Positions 29,801 to 39,759 of a DNA stretch of 64,000 bases are shown here, one piece after another. The first letter of the stretch is position 1. Every line of letters starts with the position of its first letter. This stretch comes from a virus. Location: IMG/VR virus record IMGVR_UViG_3300030060_008394, positions 11,594 through 75,593 of that record; one strand, given 5' to 3'. The position numbers and the translations under genes are program-made. Below the pieces are notes generated by a model, which saw only the letters and a program-made list of their open reading frames with translations, was not told the DNA's origin and ran no database searches.

Positions 29801-32800
29801 TGTCTCAAATTTCTTTACGTTATCGTTAAAAAGCGAAACGGCTCCATTCGCTGCGAATGTTGCCATATCTTCTGAACCATCGGAATTTTCTAACTGGATA
29901 GAACTTGCAGTCCTAATATAAAGACTATTAGCTCCATTGGCAATATAGCTATGTGTTCCATCATTACAGATAGACATATTCATGGCGGTTCCAAATCCGG
30001 CTTTTACATTATCAGCAAACCGAAAATCTTGCTTAACACAAGTATTACTTGCACTACTATCAATTCTTATATACTCAGCAGCAGTACCACTTGAGTTTTC
30101 AGCGCAGAATATTATATCCTCACCATGATCGTAGTTATAGAAAATTATATCACCATTATGACTTTCAATGCAGTTATTAGTACCGTTATGATAAAATCTA
30201 AAATCACCACCAGTTCCAAGTCGAAGACTACAGCTGTCTGCTAAATTTAAAGCTCCATCAGGTCTATTTGTACCTATACCTACATTACCAGCAAAATAGT
30301 TTGTAGCACCGTAAGAACCAGTAGCACTAAGACCACCAGAACTACTTAATCCATGATTAATTATTCGTGCTCTTTGCTTACCTCCAGTACAAACCATTAA
30401 AGCTCTATTAGTATCATTGGCATTATAATCCACGTCGATAACTAACTGATCTGCAGAGCATATATATGCTGCATATGAATCATTAGGAAAAATCAAAGCA
30501 TCACCGCCAATGCATACATCACTAGAAAATCTTCCACACTGCGCGTAAAGAAAGCCGTCAGTGCAAATACTACCACATGCTTCAATTGTACCGCATGCGC
30601 TTATGTTACCCTTTACGGTAAGCCTTTCGTTTGGGGTTGTAGTAGCAATACCTAAACAACCACTACTATCTAACCTCATTTTTGAAGAGGCATTCTGTGT
30701 AAAATCTGTAAATGAACTGCTATTATTAACTCTTAAACCACCACCAATAGCTGCAATATAATGACCACCAACACATACAAAAGCTTCACCCCACCCAGAA
30801 GATTGCATTACAGCATCAGCTCCTGGATGACCAGCTCCATCATCTGCTTGTGATACACATATCTTTGTTACACCACCGCTGTATCCAGCTCCACTTACAT
30901 GTAAGGTTGCAGTTGTTGGGTCTGTACCAATACCAACCGCAGCAGTACAACCTCTGGTGGGTGAAGCAGATATTGCTATACCATATGCTTTAGATGTACC
31001 TATTTGTACACACCCATGACAACCACTAGTAATATTAGTTTCTCCAACATTTGAAACATATTGTGAATCTATTTTTGTAGCAACAACACAACTAGTACCT
31101 CTAACAAGCTTACCCTGTACATTACAGCAAGTAGTACAGATATGACCAAGAGCACTAACGTTTCCGGATACAGTAAGTTTTTCATTTGGTGTTGTTGTAC
31201 CTATACCAACGTCACCGTCACTTAGATCTATATTTAAATTGCTAGCATTTAAAGAATTTTGACCTCCTATATATCCTGTTCCACCAATCGATCCTATAAA
31301 ATAACTATCAGAATTATCTCTAACGCGTAGATAACCATGATTATCAGAAGAATAAAAATCAGCGAGTAGCTCATCAGAACTCTGAACATCAAGAGTATAG
31401 GCCGGCCTACTAGTACCAATACCAACTCTGCATGCAAAATAACTTGGCATTTGCGTAGCACTAAGACCACCACAAGCGCTTATATTACCAGCTACGGTAA
31501 GTCTTTGACCAGGAGCTGTAGTCTTTATACCAACACATCCATTAGCATTAGTAGTTAAGTACTCAACTCCATCAGTTACTATTGAAAGTCTTGTTGGACC
31601 ACTAAAAGCTTTTAAACCATAATAATTACCCCCAGCAGTGTAAAGGTCATGGAATACAAACCCATCTTTATCACCTCCGACGCCAGCTAAAAATCCACCG
31701 TCTTTAGCTATTATATTACCAGCTACTTCTAATTTTTCTGTAGGGTTCGTACACCCTATACCAACATTGCCTCCGTTTTCAATATAAAAAGCAGATGTAC
31801 CATCATCTTGAAAGTCTACTACTGGTTGCGCTCCAGTTTGATTTGCGAGAATCGCCGGCCCTGTACCCGAATTACGAACTTCAATAGCAGATGTTGTACA
31901 TATTTTTGTATCAATACATGTTACTGAACCACGTACAGATAGATCACCTGTCATAGTAGTATTGCCTGTAAACGTCTTATCACCAGCAATTGTTTGCGAA
32001 CCGGTTGTACGTACAACTGTAGAGTTAACAGCTATGGTACCAGACGAAGTTATTGTACCTCCATCTAAACCGTCGCCAGCTGTAATGCTTGTTACTGTTC
32101 CTTCACAATCGTTACCAACAGTACAAAATATAGTATTTAAATCACGACCAGCAGAAACAATACCATTACGGGTATTACAAGCACTTAACCCACCAGTAAC
32201 ACATACGCCTGAATTAGTTGTCTCGAACTTCTTAGCGTCATTAAATCTGAGCTCTACTCTTCCATCTGGAACATACATCAATCCCTTATTGGCATTATGC
32301 CCTATAACGACTGAATCATTACTGTTATTTCTAATAAATAGATCACCAGTAGAATTATCAATATAAGAATTTTCGCCGGAGGAGCAGTGATATATTTGTA
32401 AATCGTTACCGGTACCAAACATCGCTTTAACGTTGTCTGAATGCTTTATTGCATCTGCAGATTCATCAGCCTGAAAATAACCACCGTTATCCATGCATAC
32501 TAGCAAGTCACCGTTATCAATAGTAAGAGCGTATCCAGGTCTGTTTGTACCAATACCTACGTTACCTGAAAAATAATTAGCTTTATTAGCATGAGAATGA
32601 GCGCTAAGCCCACCGCATGCACTAACGTTACCAGATACTGTTAATTTTTGCTCTGCTTCATCGTTACCGATACCAACTTCTCCTGAACTTCTTATACGTA
32701 GCTTTTCACCGCCGTTAGTACGAAGCGCCATATAATCATACTGATGGTTATATATAACAGCTCCTGAATACAGAGAGCTAGCATCAGCCATATAAAGTAT

Positions 32801-33025
32801 ACTGTTATTTGTAGTACTTGAAGATTTTAAAAATAGATAAGAACTACCGCTAGAAGATTCAAATCTTGGACCATCAGAGCCGGTAAAACAAACATGAAAA
32901 GGGGCAGCAGGTCTATTTACACCTATACCAACCTTACAAGCAAAGTAATTATTTACTTGCGTTGAGCTAAGGCCTCCGAGAGCGCTTATACCACCGGTTG
33001 TTGTTATTTTTATAGGTCTTGACAT
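23891..33025 (-). CDS. Giant Cys-rich tail fibre/adhesin-like protein (3044 aa)
   Basis: GNVGIGT..P...L.V.G repeats, long NTA(V/I)G..AL..NT.G adhesin-type repeat array, C-terminal FDIVHP...LSHSFVEAP..NIYSG domain typical of phage fibres. Confidence 0.8.
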   Translation of the reverse strand: MSRPIKITTTGGISALGGLSSTQVNNYFACKVGIGVNRPAAPFHVCFTGSDGPRFESSSGSSYLFLKSSSTTNNSILYMADASSLYSGAVIYNHQYDYMALRTNGGEKLRIRSSGEVGIGNDEAEQKLTVSGNVSACGGLSAHSHANKANYFSGNVGIGTNRPGYALTIDNGDLLVCMDNGGYFQADESADAIKHSDNVKAMFGTGNDLQIYHCSSGENSYIDNSTGDLFIRNNSNDSVVIGHNANKGLMYVPDGRVELRFNDAKKFETTNSGVCVTGGLSACNTRNGIVSAGRDLNTIFCTVGNDCEGTVTSITAGDGLDGGTITSSGTIAVNSTVVRTTGSQTIAGDKTFTGNTTMTGDLSVRGSVTCIDTKICTTSAIEVRNSGTGPAILANQTGAQPVVDFQDDGTSAFYIENGGNVGIGCTNPTEKLEVAGNIIAKDGGFLAGVGGDKDGFVFHDLYTAGGNYYGLKAFSGPTRLSIVTDGVEYLTTNANGCVGIKTTAPGQRLTVAGNISACGGLSATQMPSYFACRVGIGTSRPAYTLDVQSSDELLADFYSSDNHGYLRVRDNSDSYFIGSIGGTGYIGGQNSLNASNLNIDLSDGDVGIGTTTPNEKLTVSGNVSALGHICTTCCNVQGKLVRGTSCVVATKIDSQYVSNVGETNITSGCHGCVQIGTSKAYGIAISASPTRGCTAAVGIGTDPTTATLHVSGAGYSGGVTKICVSQADDGAGHPGADAVMQSSGWGEAFVCVGGHYIAAIGGGLRVNNSSSFTDFTQNASSKMRLDSSGCLGIATTTPNERLTVKGNISACGTIEACGSICTDGFLYAQCGRFSSDVCIGGDALIFPNDSYAAYICSADQLVIDVDYNANDTNRALMVCTGGKQRARIINHGLSSSGGLSATGSYGATNYFAGNVGIGTNRPDGALNLADSCSLRLGTGGDFRFYHNGTNNCIESHNGDIIFYNYDHGEDIIFCAENSSGTAAEYIRIDSSASNTCVKQDFRFADNVKAGFGTAMNMSICNDGTHSYIANGANSLYIRTASSIQLENSDGSEDMATFAANGAVSLFNDNVKKFETTSTGITVHGNVSACGGLSATQMNSYFACNVGIGTNRPDYTLDVAGNIGVDQYIYHNGDADTYINFTDDDINIQAGGVNFIDLTQDTVSEITFNEEGANVDFRVEGDTETNLLFTDASTDRVGIGTDTPTYTLDVVGNIGMNEYLYHNGDGDTYLRYDTNLVNLVAGGKSALKYDASSSKIVLNNTNADVDVHIMADNGNEILATDAANNRVGINTTTPNEALTVKGNISASGDICITDDLVVNGESITVCGPSAALNLCDTTDSDDMWITYGHGGTMYACVGYLGTTDFDICTTNRDIGLLPGTANVGIGTTSPDNKLDVEASDNSTSDTTGVKITNCSSTTNSNAGILFQNYDNNGAWIRSIRTGSANGKLSFGTNSGAGIAESNISQRMVIDHNGCVGINTNIPNETLTVVGDISATQCFRFPCGLYLKDGTSSSFQVTNPNGYVQIGPQNSSWMHFSTDRSRFYFNKCLVVNDGVVRSYDEDMVIAGNYTGTACDVIIKTDNTDRIHVEAAGNVGIGVAVPNQKLTVCGSLSSHSKCGGYCSDNKTYNTKIGSDALQDITSGRFNTALGYQASMNATCGDQNVTVGYNAALAHTEGNYNVVIGSQAHMCNTTCENNTAVGYLAGLKNTANSNSFFGAYAAACNTSGVYNTAIGYASQNYGTTGGGNTSVGYTALYINNAGGAHNTALGSFAMLCNTSGSCNIAVGTCSLCSNTTSCDNVAVGFRANCSTTTGSKNVGVGSQPLICNVDGAKNVAVGYQSMYYNVSGSNNVAIGCRALMMASSNVRDIAGSCNNIGIGEEAAQYVSTGQHNIGIGYRANMGAAAGLCGNQNIGIGCIANQCITTGAANIAMGNNAGGGTTTGNFSVSIGACAGSGPQTVGCNISIGLCSGQGYTSGCNNVGLGLQTLNSNTTGNYNFAVGLETLKANTCGHSNIGIGFRNLRNNTEGEYNTALGFCALNANTSGDWNIAIGQNSLKDNTTGKSNIAQGYYAMCNNCTGCYNIALGHQALFEVECTNNNIGIGFYAGLDITGSDNVVVGVQAMQESCGANCNVAIGTCAGHNTTSTGSVLIGYQAGTAQTTAVNTAVGLQALNAATDGGENVAVGVQALLANCSGYQNVAVGNAALGANTTGLRNTAVGCGAAYSNTTGDCNVALGCQAGYSNCTGNSNVAIGSKALYSSTVGDLLAVGSCAATANTTGVRNTAVGNKALQSNVCNNDNTALGICALNASTSNSNTAIGSRALQFASTGDGNNTAVGYAALYCNTSNAYNTAVGSNALYQSTGIQNTALGYAAAYANAGGDCNVAIGAFSLYCNTCGDYNVAIGRTALRNNTCGLNVGIGYAAGYNGSTADQIVAVGGQSLFTNITGVSQTAVGYRALYESNAPCNTAVGACALNQNETGISNTAVGYRALCCNCTTNENTAVGSYAMSRQTGFRNVGVGYGAGCTTSGHCNVFIGWETGRFVCLACRITALGYQAVGGSGCKTGGNLVAVGFATLCDNTTGSGSTAVGYQTLQKNTTGSHNVGLGQSALYNNTCGGCNVGIGVGAGNSNVSGHCNIYIGSCAGNSASTGSCNTVVGSIALRYNDDGGCNVAIGLAAGSFENNGSSCICSPDCNTYLGACTRSAATGATNETVIGYCTCGCGNNTVSIGNCNLGVVYINGDLNLKDSNCLRLGDDDDLKICHDGSNGYIVNGTADLYICSTGDDVVVQGADDVDIKVQGGEMAAKFGGNSSVDLYHNNSKKFVTTSGGSCTTGTHCATTCLRSPAVCGTTSVCGGTACFSCAGIGTSASSCACLTIGGAGACGCGCGTPSIIACYGVNICGTLSKSSGCFDIVHPLPELSASKRLSHSFVEAPQADNIYSGVVELTAGKATVNIDNKHGMTSGTLTALNRCFRTFTTNETNWDPVRGSVSGNLLTVESCVADSTATVSWMVLGERHDPHMYDNPTTDEDGRVRVEYNIPEETEEDTSE

Positions 33026-36000
33026 TTTATATATATATTTAATTACATTTTGCGAATCATCGCCTTAACTAAGTGTGAATCTCCTGCACCAGCTTCCATA
33101 GATTGAGCTATAACAGAGCCATAAATAGGATTACGCGTTTTTCTACCGTGTCCCGGTTTATCGGATGTAGTTATATAATCACCAATCTTTATGTCTCCAG
33201 TAACTAGAACAGGCTCTGCACCTAAAACTATTGGCTGACATACACCATTCTGCGTTACTCCAAATACTTTTTTATCGTTTTCTCTTGTTGATTGTATTAA
33301 GTCTCCACATTCACCTATAACAACAAGTGTGCCAGTTGGGTAGCAGGCTAATGTGGCATTAGCGGCTTTTTCCTCAAAATAACCACCAGCTATAACACAA
33401 GCAAAATAACCATTACCTGAAGCACTTACACCGCCTCCTACTGTAAGTCTTTCATTTGGTGTGAGAACACAGCCTGTATTATCGTTGCCTATACCAACAA
33501 AACCGCATGCACAACTATCAGTACCTATAGTCATTCTAGGTGTTGTACCAGATACATCTATCTTGATATTACAATCACCTATAACTAGATTGTCAGAACT
33601 ATCCATCTTAACCGCATCAATTACACCGCCACTGGCAGTTTCTGTTTGATATCTTCGGTTATTATCAATTCTTATATCTCCTCCGGCTACATGTAGTAGT
33701 GACTGTGGAGCGCATGTACCAATACCAACACATCCAGTTGCGTCGATACGCATTTTTTCATTAGAATCACCGACATTAGGTGTTTGAAATCTTATTGTAG
33801 TAGCACCTACTGCAAAATTTGTAGAGCCAGCATTAATCTCCATTCGAGATGTCCGGCCTGCAGAAGCACCTGACCCCCAAGCATTTATCCAAGCACTATA
33901 TTCTGAATTTTGTAGTTCAATAGTTGGACCCGTGGTATCATATTTTTGAATATGTAAATTATAGGCTGGTCTATTTGTACCTATACCAACTTTACAACCA
34001 AAGTAACTATTCATTTCAGTAGCACTAAGACCACCACAAGCGCTTATGTTACCAGCTACAGTTAACTGCGTACTACTTTGACAAGCTATGCTGTTACCAA
34101 TTGTATCTGTATCAGACCAAACTGGTAAGAAACAAGCTGTACCGGTACCATCAACGTTACCTGAACTCGTAGCAAAGATGTCTGCTAGATCACGACCAGC
34201 TGAAACAAAACCATTATGTGTAGAGCTTGCAGAAACTCCACGAGTTACAGATGCGCCCCGTGTAACTGTAAGTGCGCGTACGCTAGCATCACCATCAACA
34301 TTTAAATCATTTGTAGCGCATATACTACCAGATGTTTTCGACCCGGTATTTGTTGTTTCAAACTTTTTAGAACCGCCATAGTATAATTCTACACTATTAG
34401 ACTGATTCATGTTTGCTAATAAGTTTCCAACAGCATCTTTAAATATTATATCATTACCACCGCAAATGTATAAATCCCCAGTGCCAGTTTCGTTAATATA
34501 AGAATTTGAACCGTCATGATATAATTTTAAGTCTTCAGAATTACCTAACGTTATACAAGTACTGTCGGGTACTCGAATTGCATCAGCCGCGCTGAGAACC
34601 CCACAAGCGCTTATGTTACCAGCTACAGTTAGAGTTTCATTAGGGACTTCTGTACCGATGCCAAGTTTGCCATCAGCTTGAAGGTTTAAAACTGTACCGC
34701 TTGAATTTTTAGCTTTAAGAATGTCTCTACTATCTGAAGTTGTGGCAGTTTCCAAAAGCAAAACACTTCCAGTAGATGTCGTTCTTATTCTAGCGGTTGG
34801 GGTAACACTACTGTTAGCACCTTGAATACAAAAAGTCTGTTGATCTACACTAGAGTAAATATCGAGACTGGTTTCTGGTCTACATGTACCAATACCAACC
34901 TTACAAGCAAAATAACCAACACCTTTGGTAGCACTAAGACCACCACAAGCACTTATGTTACCTGCTACAGTAAGCTTTTGTTCAGGACCAGCAGTACCAA
35001 TACCAACACAACCGCCATTGTGTGCTAAACAAGTATCACCAGCATCATCTATTTCCAATCTAGTATATTGCGTACCGCCTTCACTTGCGGCTTCTTGTAA
35101 TAAAAACCTTCCACTGGAATCAATACCTTGTTGCCATATTTGCCCTGTTCCTGTTCTTGAAAGTCTAAAGGTTGGTGAACTACTATTAGATACATGTAAT
35201 TGAGCATTTGGAGTTGTTACTCCGACTCCAACACTACAACCAAAGTAACTATTCATTTCAGTAGCACTAAGACCACCGCATGCGCTTATATTACCAGCAA
35301 CAGTAAGTTTTTCATTAGGTGTTGCTGTACCGATACCGACCTTACCCGTATCTCTAGGAATTATTATAACCGGATTATCATCTGACAACGTTGTATTATT
35401 ATCAGCATGAACCCCTAATATTAAATTGTTATCAGCACCGTCATATTGAACATAACCACCCAGCCAGTTTGAACTTCCTTCAATAAGACGAAGTTTTGAT
35501 CCCTCATCATCATTTCCATTACTCTGAATAGCTAATGTGGCTGCACCAGATTGACATATATGAAGGGGGTACTGAGGAGAATTTTCACCTATACCAACAT
35601 ACCCATTACCATCGATGGTCATTTTTCTACCAGCTGATACACCGAACGCCATCTTGTTCTCGGAATGCCTATATTGTACATAACCGACATATGAACCGGT
35701 CCCCGACGTTGCATCAGCAAAATATAAATTAGCATTGTTATTATCTTCAGCAAAGATTGTTATACCTTGTCCTCCTGACCCACTACCAACAACTAGTGAG
35801 TTACCATCGCTACCAAAAGTGCCCGGTCTATTATTACCAATACCTACACTACAAGCAAAATAACTTGGCATTTGTGTAGCACTAAGACCACCACAAGCGC
35901 TTATGTTACCTGCTACAGTAAGTTTTTCATTAGGTGTTATATTGCCAATACCAACACCAGTTTCATCTATTCTAACTCTATTAGTTCCAGTGCCTCCACC

Positions 36001-39000
36001 AGAAGCATCTGTATTTAAGTAAATGTCATTAGCTGCAGCTGCAACTAAATTTTCACCAGAAGATGATATAATAGTGAGATTATCAAAAGAATCATCTCCA
36101 ATAAAATGACCATCACCTAAAGTTAAATTACCGTCTAAACTTACTCCATCATTTACTGCAGAAAGGGGACTATCACCGATTGTATCTGTATCATTCCATT
36201 GTGGTATCTTGAACTTTGTACCGGTACCATCAACGTTACCTGAACTTGTTGCAAAGATGTCTGCTAAGTCTCTACCAGCTGAAACAAAACCATTGCGTGT
36301 GTTACAGGCGCTTAAACCTCCTACAATATCTACACCCGATGCATCTGTACGAAAACGCGTTATGTTATTGTGATACAAATTAACAGCCCCGTCCTCAAAG
36401 GCAGTCATCATTGTCTCGCCATTGTTTGCTGATTTTAATCTATACGCATTTGTACTAACTATTAAATCACCTGTCCCGCTTTCGTCTCGAATGTAAGAAT
36501 TAGAACCATCATGATATAATTTTAAATCTTGTGAATTACCTAATGTTATACATGTACTGTCGGGTACTCGAATTGCATCTGCTGCACTAAGAACCCCACA
36601 AGCACTTATGTTACCTGCTACAGTAAGTTTTTCATTTGGTGCTGCTGTACCTATACCAACATTACCATCACTACTTCCTGTACCACCACGGATTGTCATC
36701 GCAACATTATCCGCCGGCGCAAATTGAATTAAGTTTAAGTCAGTTGAACTTTGATATTGCGTAGATAAAACAAGGGAGTTTTGAGCAGTTTGGTCGAATA
36801 CAATTTTAGCTGTTTGTGTACCACCATCAGCATCTTCAAGAAGTATCTGTGTTGGATCACCAGAAGCATCTTTAATATGTAAATCAGCAGTAGGGGTACT
36901 AATACCAATACCAACTTTACAAGCAAAGTAACTATTCATTTTAGTAGCACTAAGACCGCCGCAAGCGCTTACATTACCTGCTACAGTTAGTTTCTCGTTT
37001 GGTGCTGTATTACCGATACCAACATTACCACCCTTGCAAACATAGAACATGTTGTCGCCGGCTCCTACACTACCACCAGTGTCTATTCTATAATCTCCGC
37101 CTGTAGTAGCTCCTGTCGAAATACAATCACTACCTTGCTGAAAGCGAATTTGTCCTTGATTACTTGACCCGCCAATTGTTACTAACTGAGTACCATTTCT
37201 ATGAAACTGCGATAAAGTACCACCAGCAGCATTAACATGTAGTGGTGCTTCTGGTCTACATGTACCTATACCAACCTTACAATCAAAGTAACTATTCATT
37301 TGTGTAGCACTAAGACCGCCGCAAGCGCTTATGTTACCAGCTACAGTTAACTGTGTACTAGTTTGACAAACTATACTGTTACCAATTGTATCTGTATCAG
37401 ACCAAACTGGTAAGAAACAAGCTATACCAGAGCCATCAACGTTACCTGAGCTTGTTGCAAATATATCTGCTAAGTCACGACCAGCAGAAACAAATCCTCG
37501 ACTTGTGCTGGATGCATTTACATTAGTACCGCTTATAGAGGTGCCTAGTATCGATCCACGAGCACTTAGATTACCACTACAGGTAAGGACGGCTGATTTC
37601 TTCCATCCACTTTCAAACGTACAAAAATTATAATCTCCAGGAAAGCAGAAATTTACATCTGTCCCAGCCGCGGCTGTTGACCTTAAGGTCGTCTCACCTG
37701 TGGTGTCAAACACCACAGTTGGTGCTGTTCCCTTAATACAGACCGAGTCGTTATATACAGTAAGCTCCGTGCCGGTACGTTCACAAAGTGAAATACCACC
37801 TGTATACCTTGAATGTATACAACTACTATAAGGAAACTCAATTTTTGCGCCTGTCGCGCTACCGCTCCCACCATTAAGTAACTTTATAAGAGTAGGAGCA
37901 GTGTTATCTTGTTCACTTCCTGCTGTAAGTCCTCCTACTATAGTAGCTCCTCCACAAGCGCTTACGTTACCTGCTACGGTCACCGTGTTAGTACCACCAC
38001 TCAACAAACTATTCGTTAGAGTGTCTGTATCTGACCATTGCGCTATATAATTTGCTGTACCAGACCCATCAACACTACTCGCGCATGTTTCAAATATATC
38101 TGCTAAGTCGCGACCACCTGATATAAAACCTCCATAAGAACTATTACAAACAGCAACACGCTCTGCACTAAGAGTGCCTGTTGCGCTTATGTTACCAGCT
38201 ACAGTAAGTTTCTCGTTTGGTGTAGTATTACCTATACCAAAATTACCCGCGGGTGTGATTGAAGCGCGGTATGTCGTATTTGTATCATCATATATACCAA
38301 AACTACCATCATTATTAATAATTGAAAAATCAGAATCGTTATTTGTATCTTGTAAAAATATTCTAGGATATGTACTTGTTAATTTTAAATTACCAGCAAC
38401 TGTGAGTTCTTGATCAGGTCTACATGTACCAATACCAACTTTACAAGCAAAGTAACCAACACCTTTAGTAGCACTAAGACCACCACAAGCGCTTACGTTA
38501 CCTGATACAGTAAGCTTTTGACCTGGTGCAGTATTACCGATTCCAACTTTACCAGATGAAGGCATTAACACATCATATGTTAACTGATTAACTCTGAATA
38601 GATCAGTACCGTTTCCAGCCTCTACTCTCAATCCATCGTAGTTACCACTAGCACCACCGCCACAAATTACAACTAGATCTCTATCAATTGTCTTAAGAGC
38701 TGATACTTGCAAGTATGATGTAGGCCAGTTTGTATTAATTCCGACATTACAAGCAAAATAACTCGGCATTTGTGTAGCACTAAGACCACCACAAGCGCTT
38801 ACGTTACCCGCTACAGTTAGTTTTTGACCTGGTGTAGTTGTACCTATACCTACACAACCACTATTTAGGATAGCCATTCTGGTCTGCAGAGTGCCACCGC
38901 TACAAGTATCAAAGAAAATATCACTGCTGTTGTTATTAGCTCCATATATATGGGTATCAGTAGTGCTATCCATTCCTATGATATCAAAAGGAAGTGATCC

Positions 39001-39759
39001 TCCATAATAGCCCCTTAATGCTTTGCCTTGTGGAATTAAAATATTACCGTCGACGTGCAGTGTTTCGGCTGGTCTACATGTACCAATACCAACTTTACAA
39101 TCAAAGTAACTATTCATTTGTGTAGCACTAAGACCGCCGCAAGCGCTTACATTACCTGCTACAGTTAACTGTGTACTAGTTTGACAAGCTATACTATTTT
39201 CAATAGTATTAGAATCAGAAAAAACAGGTAAATAATTAGCAGTACCAGAGCCGTCAATATTTCCGGATGATGTAGCAAATATATCTGCTAAGTCTCTACC
39301 GCCTGATATAAATCCACCGTAAGAACTATTACAAACAGCAACACGTTCTGCACTAAGAGTGCCTGTTGCGCTTATATTACCTGATACAGTTAGCTCTTCA
39401 TTTGGTACTGATATACCGTTGATTCCCACTTTATTTGTATTTGCATCAGTCTTGAATAGCGGGTTACCTTCATTAGCACCGGTACCCTTAATAATAATAT
39501 CTACATTATTACCACCATCATTGAATGTAATATCGTGTGGCTGAGCACCAGCATCGTTTAAATCTATATATGATATACCACCAATATTAAATCTAAGTCT
39601 ATCATTTGTAAGATTAATATATGTGTTAGGATCACCATTATGATAAATGTATTGGTCAACACCTATATCTCCCGCAACATCCAGTGTATAATCTGGCGTG
39701 TTTGTACCAATACCGACATTACAACCAAAGTAACTATTCATTTCAGTAGCACTAAGACC
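29744..39759. repeat. Dispersed intragenic repeats shared by both fibre genes
   Basis: 13 exact copies of AGCACTAAGACC at 29744, 30323, 31457, 34021, 34930, 35263, 35878, 36946, 37306, 38470, 38776, 39124, 39748; identical 48-bp blocks at 34091-34138 and 37376-37423 inside ~200-bp near-duplicates. Confidence 0.9.

Noticed and set aside
29744-39759. CRISPR array or DGR template/variable repeats
   Set aside because: Repeats are in-frame coding units at irregular distances of hundreds to thousands of bp; mismatches are not confined to adenines; no cas or reverse transcriptase gene is visible
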